DNA of 63,271 bases, filler included, from Octopus bimaculoides (Eukaryota): the NCBI RefSeq assembly GCF_001194135.2. It is 6 parts of 5 records of this genome, joined end to end, with 100 filler letters (N's around TTAATTAATTAA, not from the genome) between each part and the next. Parts side by side here need not be neighbours in the genome. Positions count along the whole stretch, not along the records: positions 23,458 to 33,109 come from NC_068981.1; positions 33,210 to 41,291 come from NW_026334161.1; 4 more parts are not named here. One strand, 5' to 3'. Below, one piece after another: positions 24,905-37,673 of the stretch. Positions within the stretch are counted from its first letter, which is position 1; the number at the start of each line of letters is the position of its first letter. The position numbers and the translations under genes are program-made. The notes beneath the pieces are model-generated. The model did no database searches, was not told the origin of the DNA, and saw nothing but the letters and a program-made list of their open reading frames with translations.

Positions 24905-26280
24905 GATGGCTATGGCTGAAATGTATTTGAACATAGCGATATACTGGACGACCTGTTATATATAGCATCCTAATCTCCCTCAATACACACCCTACCATCT
25001 TGAAGTATAAAATATATAGGATAATGTAGTTTTAGATACACTACATCTNNNNNNNNNNNNNNNNNNNNNNNNNNNNNNNNNNNNNNNNNNNNNNNNNNNN
25101 NNNNNNNNNNNNNNNNNNNNNNNNNNNNNNNNNNNNNNNNNNNNNNNNNNNNNNNNNNNNNNNNNNNNNNNNNNNNNNNNNNNNNNNNNNNNNNNNNNNN
25201 NNNNNNNNNNNNNNNNNNNNNNNNNNNNNNNNNNNNNNNNNNNNNNNNNNNNNNNNNNNNNNNNNNNNNNNNNNNNNNNNNNNNNNNNNNNNNNNNNNNN
25301 NNNNNNNNNNNNNNNNNNNNNNNNNNNNNNNNNNNNNNNNNNNNNNNNNNNNNNNNNNNNNNNNNNNNNNNNNNNNNNNNNNNNNNNNNNNNNNNNNNNN
25401 NNNNNNNNNNNNNNNNNNNNNNNNNNNNNNNNNNNNNNNNNNNNNNNNNNNNNNNNNNNNNNNNNNNNNNNNNNNNNNNNNNNNNNNNNNNNNNNNNNNN
25501 NNNNNNNNNNNNNNNNNNNNNNNNNNNNNNNNNNNNNNNNNNNNNNNNNNNNNNNNNNNNNNNNNNNNNNNNNNNNNNNNNNNNNNNNNNNNNNNNNNNN
25601 NNNNNNNNNNNNNNNNNNNNNNNNNNNNNNNNNNNNNNNNNNNNNNNNNNNNNNNNNNNNNNNNNNNNNNNNNNNNNNNNNNNNNNNNNNNNNNNNNNNN
25701 NNNNNNNNNNNNNNNNNNNNNNNNNNNNNNNNNNNNNNNNNNNNNNNNNNNNNNNNNNNNNNNNNNNNNNNNNNNNNNNNNNNNNNNNNNNNNNNNNNNN
25801 NNNNNNNNNNNNNNNNNNNNNNNNNNNNNNNNNNNNNNNNNNNNNNNNNNNNNNNNNNNNNNNNNNNNNNNNNNNNNNNNNNNNNNNNNNNNNNNNNNNN
25901 NNNNNNNNNNNNNNNNNNNNNNNNNNNNNNNNNNNNNNNNNNNNNNNNNNNNNNNNNNNNNNNNNNNNNNNNNNNNNNNNNNNNNNNNNNNNNNNNNNNN
26001 NNNNNNNNNNNNNNNNNNNNNNNNNNNNATATACTGGACGACCTGTTATATATAGCATCCTAATCTCCCTCAATACACACCCTACCATCTTGAAGTATAA
26101 AATATATAGGATAATGTAGTTTTAGATACACTACATCGATGGCTATGGCTGAAATGTATTTGAACATAGCGATATACTGGACGACCTGTTATATATAGCA
26201 TCCTAATCTCCCTCAATACACACCCTACCATCTTGAAGTATAAAATATATAGGATAATGTAGTTTTAGATACACTACATC
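24905..26280. repeat. 143-bp tandem repeat spanning a gap (24905-25047, partial 26030-26137, 26138-26280)
   Basis: Copies are identical by eye; the last two are directly adjacent. Confidence 0.9.
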
Positions 26281-26835
26281 TGAAGACATACAAAGGTCAC
26301 CATGAATAAATGCTTTTCATCATAGGTCTACAACATGTTCACGATGATGGTGGCACGGGATTCAGCACCCTAGACCAGTTCTGCAATGTTCACCCTCTCC
26401 CAGCTCCCAGCAACCAACTTTATAAAATGTGCTTCCTCTCATCCCTGACATGTACCTTTCCTTCTCCAGTAATTATTTTCTTTACCAACCATTATTCTCT
26501 TCATACCAGCTGAAGAATGCAGTCAAAAAATTATAATTAACTTCCGAAGTAGTTAATTATAATTTATAAGTTTATAATCATGCATATCACCATGTAAATT
26601 TGTTATCAGGTAAAAATTTGAAATGTTTAGCACAAAATCGTGTTACACAACACGATCTTCTCGTCCTCCGCTTCACTGCACCCCACTTCCCCGAAAGTCA
26701 CCTTATCGGATCTCAAAGTTTTCGTGCTTTTGGATTAAGAAATTTTGTCAAAGCTGATCAGAATTCGTGTGACACTCAGATTTTAGTACCTTGTCTAAGA
26801 GTCAGTAAACATTTTTTAAAGGCGAACTAAGGAAA

Positions 26836-26946
26836 TATTTGGTTGGTGCATAATTAACGACCGTTTTATAATCTAATTTACAAGTTTTATTTAAAATTTA
26901 GAAAAAGAAATAATAAAACGATCGTTAATTTTGCACCAACCCAATA
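26836..26946. mobile_element. ~110-bp mariner-type MITE (MADE1-like TIR)
   Basis: tatttggttggtgcataattaacgaccgtttt / aaaacgatcgttaattttgcaccaacccaata. Confidence 0.75.
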
Positions 26947-27295
26947 TATGCCTTGCTGGCTAGGACGAATAAATAATGTATTCATGATCATACAACCCAG
27001 ATTTTTTTTTTTTTTTTGCAATATAAATATTTTTCATTATAAGCTTTCAACGTACAATATTGTAAAATACGTACCAACAGTGATATAAACAACCTCACAA
27101 CTACGTTAAAATCAAGTTTTAATTATGTAAGGTCGGCCATCTCACTATGCAAACTAGTTGACTGTCTACGATAGGAACCGGGAAATTAACAGCCCGTTGC
27201 TCCATTTGGTCCGATACGCACACTTCACTGAATATGAAATACCAGCTTCAGGAAACACGTAGTTTTAAATAAAATGTTGCCATTTTTCAGCAAGA

Positions 27296-27357
27296 AGTTC
27301 TAAGGTGTAATGATTGGCATTCAGTCCAGCGAAATATTTTCAAGTCTCGCTAGAAAT
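27296..27357 (+). pseudogene. tRNA-Gln pseudogene A (anticodon arm deleted)
   Basis: agttctaaggtgtaatgattggcattc..agtccagcg....ttcaagtctcgctagaa aligns to the conserved eukaryotic tRNA-Gln. Confidence 0.65.
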
Positions 27358-27570
27358 GACAGTGTTAACTTTTTTTTTTCTCTTATCAACTGTCGTTTAT
27401 ATCAATACGGCATGTCACAGACCTTGAATCTTTTCTGTTGCTGTCACAGGTTTTGGCATTTTAAATTTTGTTCCAATTGTTTCTAAATCTAGTATACTGA
27501 TATACGATAATTATGGAAATAAAATTCATTTTTGCTGTAAATTAATTTATAAAAAGTTAACAAATTTTGG

Positions 27571-27625
27571 GTAACTATAGGCAACCGAAAGCCACAGACA
27601 CGTTGATGTCTGTTTCCATAGTAAC
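27571..27625. promoter_or_regulatory. Pair of RFX X-box-like palindromes
   Basis: gtaactataggcaac (27571-27585) and gtttccatagtaac (27612-27625) fit GTNRCC(N0-3)RGYAAC closely or exactly. Confidence 0.4.
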
Positions 27626-27904
27626 AAGTGAAACTGAAGTACGCTTAAAACTACCACCACGTGTACTTTCTTTACCTGTATATTTTCTTTGACGAGGGTC
27701 TATTTTCTGAATTTTCGTTTTTGAATATTCGCAAAAAAAAAAAAAAAAATATCAGTTATTTACTTGAACTGAACTATTACTAAAGTATAACGCACATTTT
27801 TTTTTTTGCTTTTTTATTTTTGTAACTTTTTCTCAAAAAATTTCATTGAAGATTTATTCTCTTAGATTGTTTACATGCCTGTTCGACCGTTTCAATCCTA
27901 AGCT

Positions 27905-28235
27905 TAACCCTACACCCTAATCCTAAACCGTAACTTAACCCTAACCCTAAATTCTANNNNNNNNNNNNNNNNNNNNNNNNNNNNNNNNNNNNNNNNNNNN
28001 NNNNNNNNNNNNNNNNNNNNNNNNNNNNNNNNNNNNNNNNNNNNNNNNNNNNNNNNNNNNNNNNNNNNNNNNNNNNNNNNNNNNNNNNNNNNNNNNNNNN
28101 NNNNNNNNNNNNNNNNNNNNNNNNNNNNNNNNNNNNNNNNNNNNNNNNNNNNNNNNNNNNNNNNNNNNNNNNNNNNNNNNNNNNNNNNNNNNNNNNNNNN
28201 TCTAACCCAGAATCTCAACCCTAATCCTAAAACTT
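27905..28235. repeat. Degenerate (CCCTAA)n telomere-like tract flanking a gap; a second tract at 31364-31443
   Basis: taaccctacaccctaatcctaaaccgtaacttaaccctaaccctaa. Confidence 0.7.
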
Positions 28236-28249
28236 AACGTACAGTTTAT

Positions 28250-29030
28250 TCTTTTATCCTTTCACATGCTCCATTCATTTGACTGCAGCCATGCTGGAGC
28301 ACCACCTTTAGTCGAAGAAATCGCCCCCAGAACTTTTTTTTTGTAAGCCTATTACTTATTCTATCGGTCTCTTTGGTCGAACCGCTAAGTTACGGGGACA
28401 TAAACACACCAACATCGGTTGTCAAGCGACGGTGGGGGGGAAAAATCACACACACATATACGACGGGTTTCTTTCAGTTTCCGTCTACCAAATCCACTCA
28501 CAAGGTTTTGGTAGGTCCGAGGCTATAGTAGAAGACATTTACCTAAGGTGCCACACAGTGGGACTGAACTCGGAATCATGTGGTTAGGAAGTAAACTTCT
28601 TACCACACAGCCACTTGTTTATCCTTTACCTTTCTTTATCTATGATATTTTATTTGTTTCAGTCATTAGACTGCGGCCATGCTGGGGCACCGCCTTGGAG
28701 GATTTTAGTCGAACAAATCGACTCCAAACTTTCTTTTTATCGCTTGGTTCTTATTCTATCGGTCTTTTATGCCGAACCGCGAAGTTACGGGGACGTAAGC
28801 ACACCAGCACCGGTTGTCAAGCGGCGGAAGGGGACAAAAACTGACACAAAGACATACGCACATAAATATATACGACAGGCTTCTTTCAGTTTCCGTCTAC
28901 CAAATCCACTCACAAGACCTTGGTCGGCCAGGGGCTATAGTAGAAGACACTTGCCCAAAGTGCCATCCAGTGAGACTGAAACCGGAAGCATGTGATTAGA
29001 AAGCAAGCTTCTTACCACATAGCCACGCCT
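28250..29030 (-). mobile_element. Two tandem full-length family B SINEs (28250-28614, 28650-29030)
   Basis: Each has tail, short microsatellite and head as in 4965-5366. Confidence 0.85.
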
Positions 29031-29230
29031 GACTTAGATTCATCGTGAAAATTTACATCAATATAACAAATCTGAAAATTTTCGCTTAATTTTAAAATTT
29101 CAAAAGCAACAAAAACGACCCCACGTTACATTGACTTTCAACTGAGCCACCTATCAGCATTGTTTTGCTTTAAGAAGCTCATGGTTTGAAATTTAAGTTC
29201 ACGATAAAATGGTGCTTGCGAATTGTAAGC

Positions 29231-29284
29231 GGTTCTATGGTGTAATAGACTTTTGAACCCGACGATCAGAGTTCAAGTCTCAAG
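29231..29284 (+). pseudogene. tRNA-Gln pseudogene B (part of the D arm deleted)
   Basis: ggttctatggtgtaat..agacttttgaacccgacgatcagagttcaagtctc. Confidence 0.7.
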
Positions 29285-29806
29285 AAAAACAAAAAAAAAG
29301 ACACTTCGTTGAAGAATCTTTTTTTCTACATGCCTGTTCGATGATTTACACCGCTTAATTCATTATAACTTATTAAAACTTTAAACCTTCGTACAACCTT
29401 CCTCGTCGTAATGTTTTGTTTTTATTTGGTTTAATAAAAATTCGTCGTCGTAATGTTTTTTACTGTAATTTTGTGATGGACATCTATAACGCAGAAAGTG
29501 CCAGCTCGCAAATCTTGTTTTTTGATTGGATAAAAATTATTGAAATTTAAGCCATGGTAACATTTTTCTAGCATTTTTCTAAAACAAATGAATAGCAAAA
29601 TCAAATTCAGCATGAAAATTTACGTCAATATACCAAATTTGAAAATGTTCACTTAATTTTAAAATTTCAAAAGCTGTGACAGTAACAGAAAAGACCACAT
29701 GTCACATTGGCTTTCAACTGAACCACCTATCAGTATTGTCTTGCTTTAGGAATCTCATGGTTCGAAATTTGATTTCAAAATAAAATGCTGAACGTTGGCA
29801 ACAAAT

Positions 29807-29881
29807 GGTTCTAAGAAGGTGTAATGGTTAGCACTCTGGAATCTGAATCTAACGATCCTAATTCAAGTCTCGATAGAACCT
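29807..29881 (+). pseudogene. tRNA-Gln(CTG) pseudogene C, the most intact copy
   Basis: Acceptor stem GGTTCTA/TAGAACC still pairs and GGTGTAATGGTTAGCACTCTGGAATCTGAATC is retained, but there is a 3-nt insertion and a broken T arm/B box. Confidence 0.8.
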
Positions 29882-31035
29882 AAGTTCCTAGAGTTTTTAT
29901 TTTATCTATTGTAGCATTTCTCAATTGAAATCAGTGATTTGATACAAAAGGTCATTCCGCTACGAAGCAATATCGTCTTTAAAAGTGTGGAAATTAAATC
30001 AAATATTGATAAACTGTTTCCTTTAAAATCAAATCATGGGTATTTAGTTTGTCATTTAATATTTTGTTTCGGTACATATTTGTTAGAATGGAAATGCAAC
30101 GAATCAATATTTTCTTAGCTTTCCACAAGTTTGTTAAACATACTATCTTTATATTTTCATCTTTCTCTCAAACTTTTCATTTTTATTCTCCTTCTTACTA
30201 AAAAGAAAGAAAAAACAAACTTCCGGGTTGAACACATAGCCGAAGGTGCTTAAAAAACAAATATGCTTCATCATTCTCGATAAAATGTTTAAACAGCAAA
30301 CGCACCATGTGCACCCGTCCAAACCGTGACGAAATTATAAGCAATTAACGAACAATGAAGTAAAATGTTTTCCAATGGTGATATAAAGTATAACCACATA
30401 CCTTCGCTACAGACAAATTTTAGTTACGTGAGACCAGCTTTCTCACTAGGCGAACTAGTTGACGTAAAATAGAATTAGTAAAAGAAACTGTGTTGCTAAT
30501 GGAACTCCAGAGATATTCGTCACTTATTATGGCTTTATTCATCTTTCAGGTGTCAATGGAATAGAATAAGTGAATTAATTTAATATTCCTATAAAAATCA
30601 TACATACGAAAAGAATTTTAACTATACGTACGTATATATGTATGTATGTATGTATCGGTTTCCTCTGGAATATATAGCACTATCCATTGTTTTACATGTT
30701 CTCCAATTCCAGTAAGATTCATACTGCAAGAGACTAAAAATGGAAAATCGAAATTTCACATGGTTGAACTTCTGAAAAGAAAGGTCCAGCAATAAAAGTC
30801 AGTGAGATTATGAACTTATAGGAAAGTGGGTTATACATCTTTAGATTGTATACCTGACTTTCTACTATAAAATTAATGAATATAACGGAACGCTGAACTC
30901 CAGACTAAACAACTTAAACAACACTTTATTTAGGTGGTAAACATATAAACACATCTTTAGTTCTTGTTGTGAGCGAACTGTCGAGTGTAAGTCCGAAAGA
31001 TGTAGAGACAGCTTTAAACACACGTCCATGCTCAA

Positions 31036-31170
31036 TCGCTGGCCAGCGAGAAAGAGAATGAATTGAGCGGGAAACGCTTGCTTGTTTAATTCTACGCATG
31101 CGTAAGACTACGCATGCCCAGGCGTTACTACAAACTTTTAAACATTGAAATTTTGTATACTTTAACCAAT
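31036..31170. promoter_or_regulatory. CpG-rich promoter-like motif cluster
   Basis: Palindrome tcgctggccagcga, E2F-like gcgggaaa, two (c)tacgcatgc NRF1-like sites (one the perfect palindrome tacgcatgcgta), and a CCAAT. Confidence 0.4.
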
Positions 31171-32237
31171 GAAATCCATCCATTCTCTGCAACATCCTCT
31201 TTTGAATTTCTTTTTCCTTTTTTTTTTTGCGTTACACGCGTAAGAAAGGTGACAGCTTATTTTTTGAAAAGGTAATAGAAAACATTTGAAGATGGAAATA
31301 TTTAACAAAGAAAAGAAAGAAAACGAATTTACGTTGGCAATAAAATTTTACAATACATGACAAACCCTAACCTTACGCACTACCCTAACCCTAAACCTTA
31401 ACTCCAACCTCAGCCCTAAACTCTAGACCTTAAACGTAACCCAATGTTTTCATTCTTATAATTATATAAACTCTTCATGTAAACAACATCCCTACCACAA
31501 CTTTATTGTTTAATCACAACGACAATTAAACAAAATCGCGCTGGTTACGGTGACATAGTGACTGTATGTCTATGGTGATTGGTGGCAGTAGCAGTGGTGG
31601 TGGTGGTGGTACATCCGGATGTTGGTGCTGCATATTACAAAGTAAATCTGTGATCTGGTAAAATTTGAAATGCTTTATGCAAAATCGTGTCACTACGACT
31701 CGACCTCCACGTTCTCCTCTTCACGTCACTCAAGTTCACCAGACTCATCGACTCTCAAACTTCATATATTTTGGAATTAAGAAAAAATTTATTGAAATTT
31801 CATCAGAACTTGTGTGACACACTGACACACACAAATTCCAGTAATCGGAAAACATTTTTCATGGCGTACCGGGTAGGATTGACGTCTTATGGCTAACACG
31901 AATAAATAATGAGCTCATGATCATACAAGACTATGGAAATAGCTTGTCCTTTGTTTTGATTCTCTTTTCGATTATAAGCATTTAACAAACAATTAAGTAA
32001 AATGTTTTCCAACGGTGACATAAAGAATAACCACATACCTACGTTAGCGACAAGTTTTAGTTACGTGAGACCAGCTTTCTCCCGAGGTAAACTAGTTGAT
32101 GGTCTGCAGTAGAAATCGGTAAAAATCCTCCGTTTAACCCAGTTCGAACATATTCACTGAAAATGAAATATTAACTTCCGGATACATGTACTTTGAGAGT
32201 TAATTTCAGGACAAAATGTTCACAGGCATCTTTGACA

Positions 32238-32295
32238 GGTTCTATGGTGTAAAGGTTAGCACTTTGAATCCAGCGGTTCGAGTCTCGGTAGACTG
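32238..32295 (+). pseudogene. tRNA-Gln(TTG-like) pseudogene D with two short deletions
   Basis: ggttctatggtgtaaaggttagcact|ttgaatccagcg|gttcgagtctcggtaga. Confidence 0.75.
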
Positions 32296-33776
32296 TCGGA
32301 AGCTAGATGCCATTTTTTTTACAGTTACATGACTATTAAAATGTCACATTGATTTTCAGCTAACTTACCAATTTCTTTTCTTTCTAAGTATGTGATGTCA
32401 TATGACCTTACTGACTTTCTCTTTCTCCGAAGGACAACTGAGACGTTACCTTCCTCGCAACATAAATCCTTGTTCCCTTGTTTGAACACACGGTATTACT
32501 TCACGCCAAAACACAACATCGTTCATTTTTTGGTTCTTACAGTTTTCTTCTTATAAGTAAAGCCAGTTGTTGGACATTTGTTTATTTATCTGTAACATCA
32601 AACTATGACTGTCATAAGAAATGTGCTACAATGTTCCTTTCTTTATGACTGTGTTGTGTCGACGCTCCCGGGCGAAGAAGTAGGATCTCCCAAGACATAT
32701 AAATAGAGGTAGTCTGGCCGCGGTAAGTGTATTGAGTAGCAGTCGAGTAGCAGTTGTGTAGCAGTTGAGTAGAGATCATCCGAAGGTGCTAGATAGCAGT
32801 AGCGTTGAGACATAACAGACTGATTAAATGAAAAAAAATTGAAAAGATTTGTGACGTAAAATAGAATTAGTAATCGAAACTGCGTTGCTAACATAACTCC
32901 AGACGTGAATCAGTTTAATATTCCTATAAATATCATACATATGAAGAGAATTTTAACTGTATGTATGAATGTATGCATGTATGTATATACGTACGTACGT
33001 TTGTATGTATGTATGTATGTATGTATTTTATTTATATATATATATTTTTTTTTAATTTATTTTTTTATTTTATTTATTTATTTATTTATTTTTTTTTTTT
33101 TTTTGATGANNNNNNNNNNNNNNNNNNNNNNNNNNNNNNNNNNNNNNNNNNNNTTAATTAATTAANNNNNNNNNNNNNNNNNNNNNNNNNNNNNNNNNNN
33201 NNNNNNNNNACATATACAAATATATATATATACTTATGTATATATATATATATATATATGTATACACATATTTATATATATATTTATGTATATATATACA
33301 TATATATATTTATATACATACATATATATATATATTTACATATACATATATATATTTATGTATATATATATATATTTACGTATATATATATATATTTATG
33401 TATATATATATATTTACATATATATATATATTTACATATATATACACACATATATATATATATAGGAATGTATGTGTGCATAATGCAGACATATCTGTAT
33501 ATAAATATGCATTTAAATTCACAAACACACGCACACGCACACACACACACACGCATTCCCACACACATGCGCACACGCATGCGGTACCCAGTTCTCCTTT
33601 GATCTCTCTTGCACACTCTATGATGTCACAGAGGCACCGTGTGGTGACAATCAGCTCTCGCCGATCTCCTCCTCGCCATCACTTTCAGCAACGTCTCAGA
33701 TCTCGCGTCTCTCTCTCTCTCTCTCCGTTAATAATTCCCTCTCGTTTCGCTCTTTGATGTCGATTGTTCCCATCCC

Positions 33777-33809
<33 letters not shown>

Positions 33810-35040
33810 NNNNNNNNNNNNNNNNNNNNNNNNNNNNNNNNNNNNNNNNNNNNNNNNNNNNNNNNNNNNNNNNNNNNNNNNNNNNNNNNNNNNNNNNNNN
33901 NNNNNNNNNNNNNNNNNNNNNNNNNNNNNNNNNNNNNNNNNNNNNNNNNNNNNNNNNNNNNNNNNNNNNNNNNNNNNNNNNNNNNNNNNNNNNNNNNNNN
34001 NNNNNNNNNNNNNNNNNNNNNNNNNNNNNNNNNNNNNNNNNNNNNNNNNNNNNNNNNNNNNNNNNNNNNNNNNNNNNNNNNNNNNNNNNNNNNNNNNNNN
34101 NNNNNNNNNNNNNNNNNNNNNNNNNNNNNNNNNNNNNNNNNNNNNNNNNNNNNNNNNNNNNNNNNNNNNNNNNNNNNNNNNNNNNNNNNNNNNNNNNNNN
34201 NNNNNNNNNNNNNNNNNNNNNNNNNNNNNNNNNNNNNNNNNNNNNNNNNNNNNNNNNNNNNNNNNNNNNNNNNNNNNNNNNNNNNNNNNNNNNNNNNNNN
34301 NNATATATATACTCATAGGTGCAGGAGTGGCCGTGTGGTCCGATGAAAGCTTCCCAACCACATGGTTTCGGGTTCAGTCCCATTGCGTAGTATCTTGGGA
34401 AAGTGTCTTCTACCATAGCCTCGGGCAACCAAAGCCTTGTGAGTGGATTTAGTAGACAGAAACTGGAAGAATCCCGGCGGGAGGTGCAAATGAGGGCAGC
34501 TGCATCAAACTCTCTCATGCATCAAATGACAATTCCTGAAGTAAAATTCGTGAAGTAAAACTATGTAGCAACACCAAATGGCGGTGCCTCAGCAGATGAG
34601 TACTCATATATAAGCTTATAAATATTTATATATTAAAAAATAAATAAGTTTACATGGAATACAAAAAAATACAGAAACTAAGGGGAGAGGGCATGGTATT
34701 TTGAGTTCACCGGCTGTTTCTGGGGGCTCAGGATTACGTATAATTGTAGTGTTCATAATTGGCAGATGGAGTGTGTAAAAATTCAAGGTTTTGCCACCAT
34801 TAGATGGTGTGCATAAACATTATGATACCGGCTTCCATCTTCGGGAGAGAATGATTGGCAGTAGCATTCCACAACAATGTGCGAGATAATTTAGGGCGTT
34901 CAGAGATAGCTGTACGATTTTGCAGAAGCACTCAGCTCTGAGGATACATAATCTTATAGCAGACACTAATTAAGTTAATTATCTAATTCCTGTTCCTTTC
35001 TCATTCAGTAATTGATATTATGCTGTGTACTTACTCGAAA

Positions 35041-35091
<51 letters not shown>

Positions 35092-35942
35092 CAGAGAAAG
35101 AGAGAACTTAATATATATAGAAAGAGAGAGAGATAGATAGATAGAACACCGTATGCTGCGTTATTGCACTTGGGAGTTTCTCTCATACAGGCGCTTGGTG
35201 CATAAAAACACAGACATTAATCGTAAGAGACACGACTCCTCTGTCATGGGTGCCTAAATTCTCATATCATGTGACTTCATTCTACAGGAAATCATGAATG
35301 AGAGGCGTTTTATCACCGCATGCCAGTCAAATCTCGTTGCTACGATACATGAAATGCCACCATCTTATCAGACATTGATATCGCAATTAGCCAACAGAGT
35401 TATTAAGAATTTACCATTACCGACAGAAGAATTATTAATCTCAAAGGGTAAAATGTGTATCAAACTTAACATAGACGTCTTCTTAGAACACCGAATGTTA
35501 TGCTATTCGACTTCAGATACCTCCTCATCTAGGCATTTGGTGCATAAAATCGGACGCATAAATCATGGCAGACGATTCACGTCTGCTCTGGTTTATGCGT
35601 TCATACATACGTGCGTGCGTGCGTACATACATACACACATACACACACATATACATACATACATACGTACGTACCTACATACAAGCACGCATACATGCAT
35701 GAATGCATGCATGTATACGTACATATATATATGCATGCATACGTAGATGCATACACACACACACATATATAACATACATACACACATACATGCATACATA
35801 AACACACACACACACATACATACATACGTACATATTTATATACGTGCATATATACAAACGTACATACACATACATATACACACATACACACACACATACA
35901 AACACACTCACATACATACATACACACACACACATACATACA

Positions 35943-35974
<32 letters not shown>

Positions 35975-37637
35975 ACAGGTTTATATGTTTATTATTATTA
36001 TTATTATTATCATCATCATCATCATCAAGGCGGCGAGCTGGCAGAATCGTTAGCACGCCGGGCGAAATGCTTAGCGGTATTTCGTCTGNNNNNNNNNNNN
36101 NNNNNNNNNNNNNNNNNNNNNNNNNNNNNNNNNNNNNNNNNNNNNNNNNNNNNNNNNNNNNNNNNNNNNNNNNNNNNNNNNNNNNNNNNNNNNNNNNNNN
36201 NNNNNNNNNNNNNNNNNNNNNNNNNNNNNNNNNNNNNNNNNNNNNNNNNNNNNNNNNNNNNNNNNNNNNNNNNNNNNNNNNNNNNNNNNNNNNNNNNNNN
36301 NNNNNNNNNNNNNNNNNNNNNNNNNNNNNNNNNNNNNNNNNNNNNNNNNNNNNNNNNNNNNNNNNNNNNNNNNNNNNNNNNNNNNNNNNNNNNNNNNNNN
36401 NNNNNNNNNNNNNNNNNNNNNNNNNNNNNNNNNNNNNNNNNNNNNNNNNNNNNNNNNNNNNNNNNNNNNNNNNNNNNNNNNNNNNNNNNNNNNNNNNNNN
36501 NNNNNNNNNNNNNNNNNNNNNNNNNNNNNNNNNNNNNNNNNNNNNNNNNNNNNNNNNNNNNNNNNNNNNNNNNNNNNNNNNNNNNNNNNNNNNNNNNNNN
36601 NNNNNNNNNNNNNNNNNNNNNNNNNNNNNNNNNNNNNNNNNNNNNNNNNNNNNNNNNNNNNNNNNNNNNNNNNNNNNNNNNNNNNNNNNNNNNNNNNNNN
36701 NNNNNNNNNNNNNNNNNNNNNNNNNNNNNNNNNNNNNNNNNNNNNNNNNNNNNNNNNNNNNNNNNNNNNNNNNNNNNNNNNNNNNNNNNNNNNNNNNNNN
36801 NNNNNNNNNNNNNNNNNNNNNNNNNNNNNNNNNNNNNNNNNNNNNNNNNNNNNNNNNNNNNNNNNNNNNNNNNNNNNNNNNNNNNNNNNNNNNNNNNNNN
36901 NNNNNNNNNNNNNNNNNNNNNNNNNNNNNNNNNNNNNNNNNNNNNNNNNNNNNNNNNNNNNNNNNNNNNNNNNNNNNNNNNNNNNNNNNNNNNNNNNNNN
37001 NCCACAGAAGCGAGAAGCCACAAAACGATGAAAACGCGTACCGCACCTTTTTTACAAGTGAAAGGAGTTGAACACCATCAGCTACAGCGCTTCCTTGGAG
37101 CGGTTAATTAGAAAATCACTGATTAAAAATTATAATTAAAAACTGGATTTTTGTTGTAATGATGCACTGAGCTGATCAAACGGTGTGAAAAAAATATGTG
37201 TGTGTGTGTGTGTGTGTGTGTGTAGTATATACACGTGTATGCTAAACGGAGTGTTTATGCTTGTGTATGTATATGTGGGTGTTTGGGAGAGTATCCATGT
37301 GTGCGATTTGTGTTGTGATTTTTATTCACACTAAGCTATCATTAATCTTGCACAAATCGCGTGGGCACACGTATACGTATGTATATATATGTATGTGTGG
37401 ATATATATGTAAGTATATATATATGCATATATATATGCATGCGTATATGTATGTGTAAATATATTTGTATTCATGCATTTGTTGGACTATAGTTTGGTGT
37501 GTATCCGTTCATGTATGTAAGAATGTACGTGTGACTGTGTATATATATATGTGTGTGTGTATTTGCATATGAATGCAAATACAACCACAAACATTTGTTT
37601 ATCGCTTTATATTAATGCAAATACATAGATGCATATA

Positions 37638-37673
<36 letters not shown>

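Noticed and set aside
29807-29881. Functional tRNA-Gln
   Set aside because: It has an insertion after the acceptor stem and a disrupted T arm/B box; the other three copies have deletions.
37050-37095. Minus-strand exon SAVADGVQLLSLVK, vaguely like WDR11
   Set aside because: The match is too short, the splice sites are weak, and no neighbouring exons were found.
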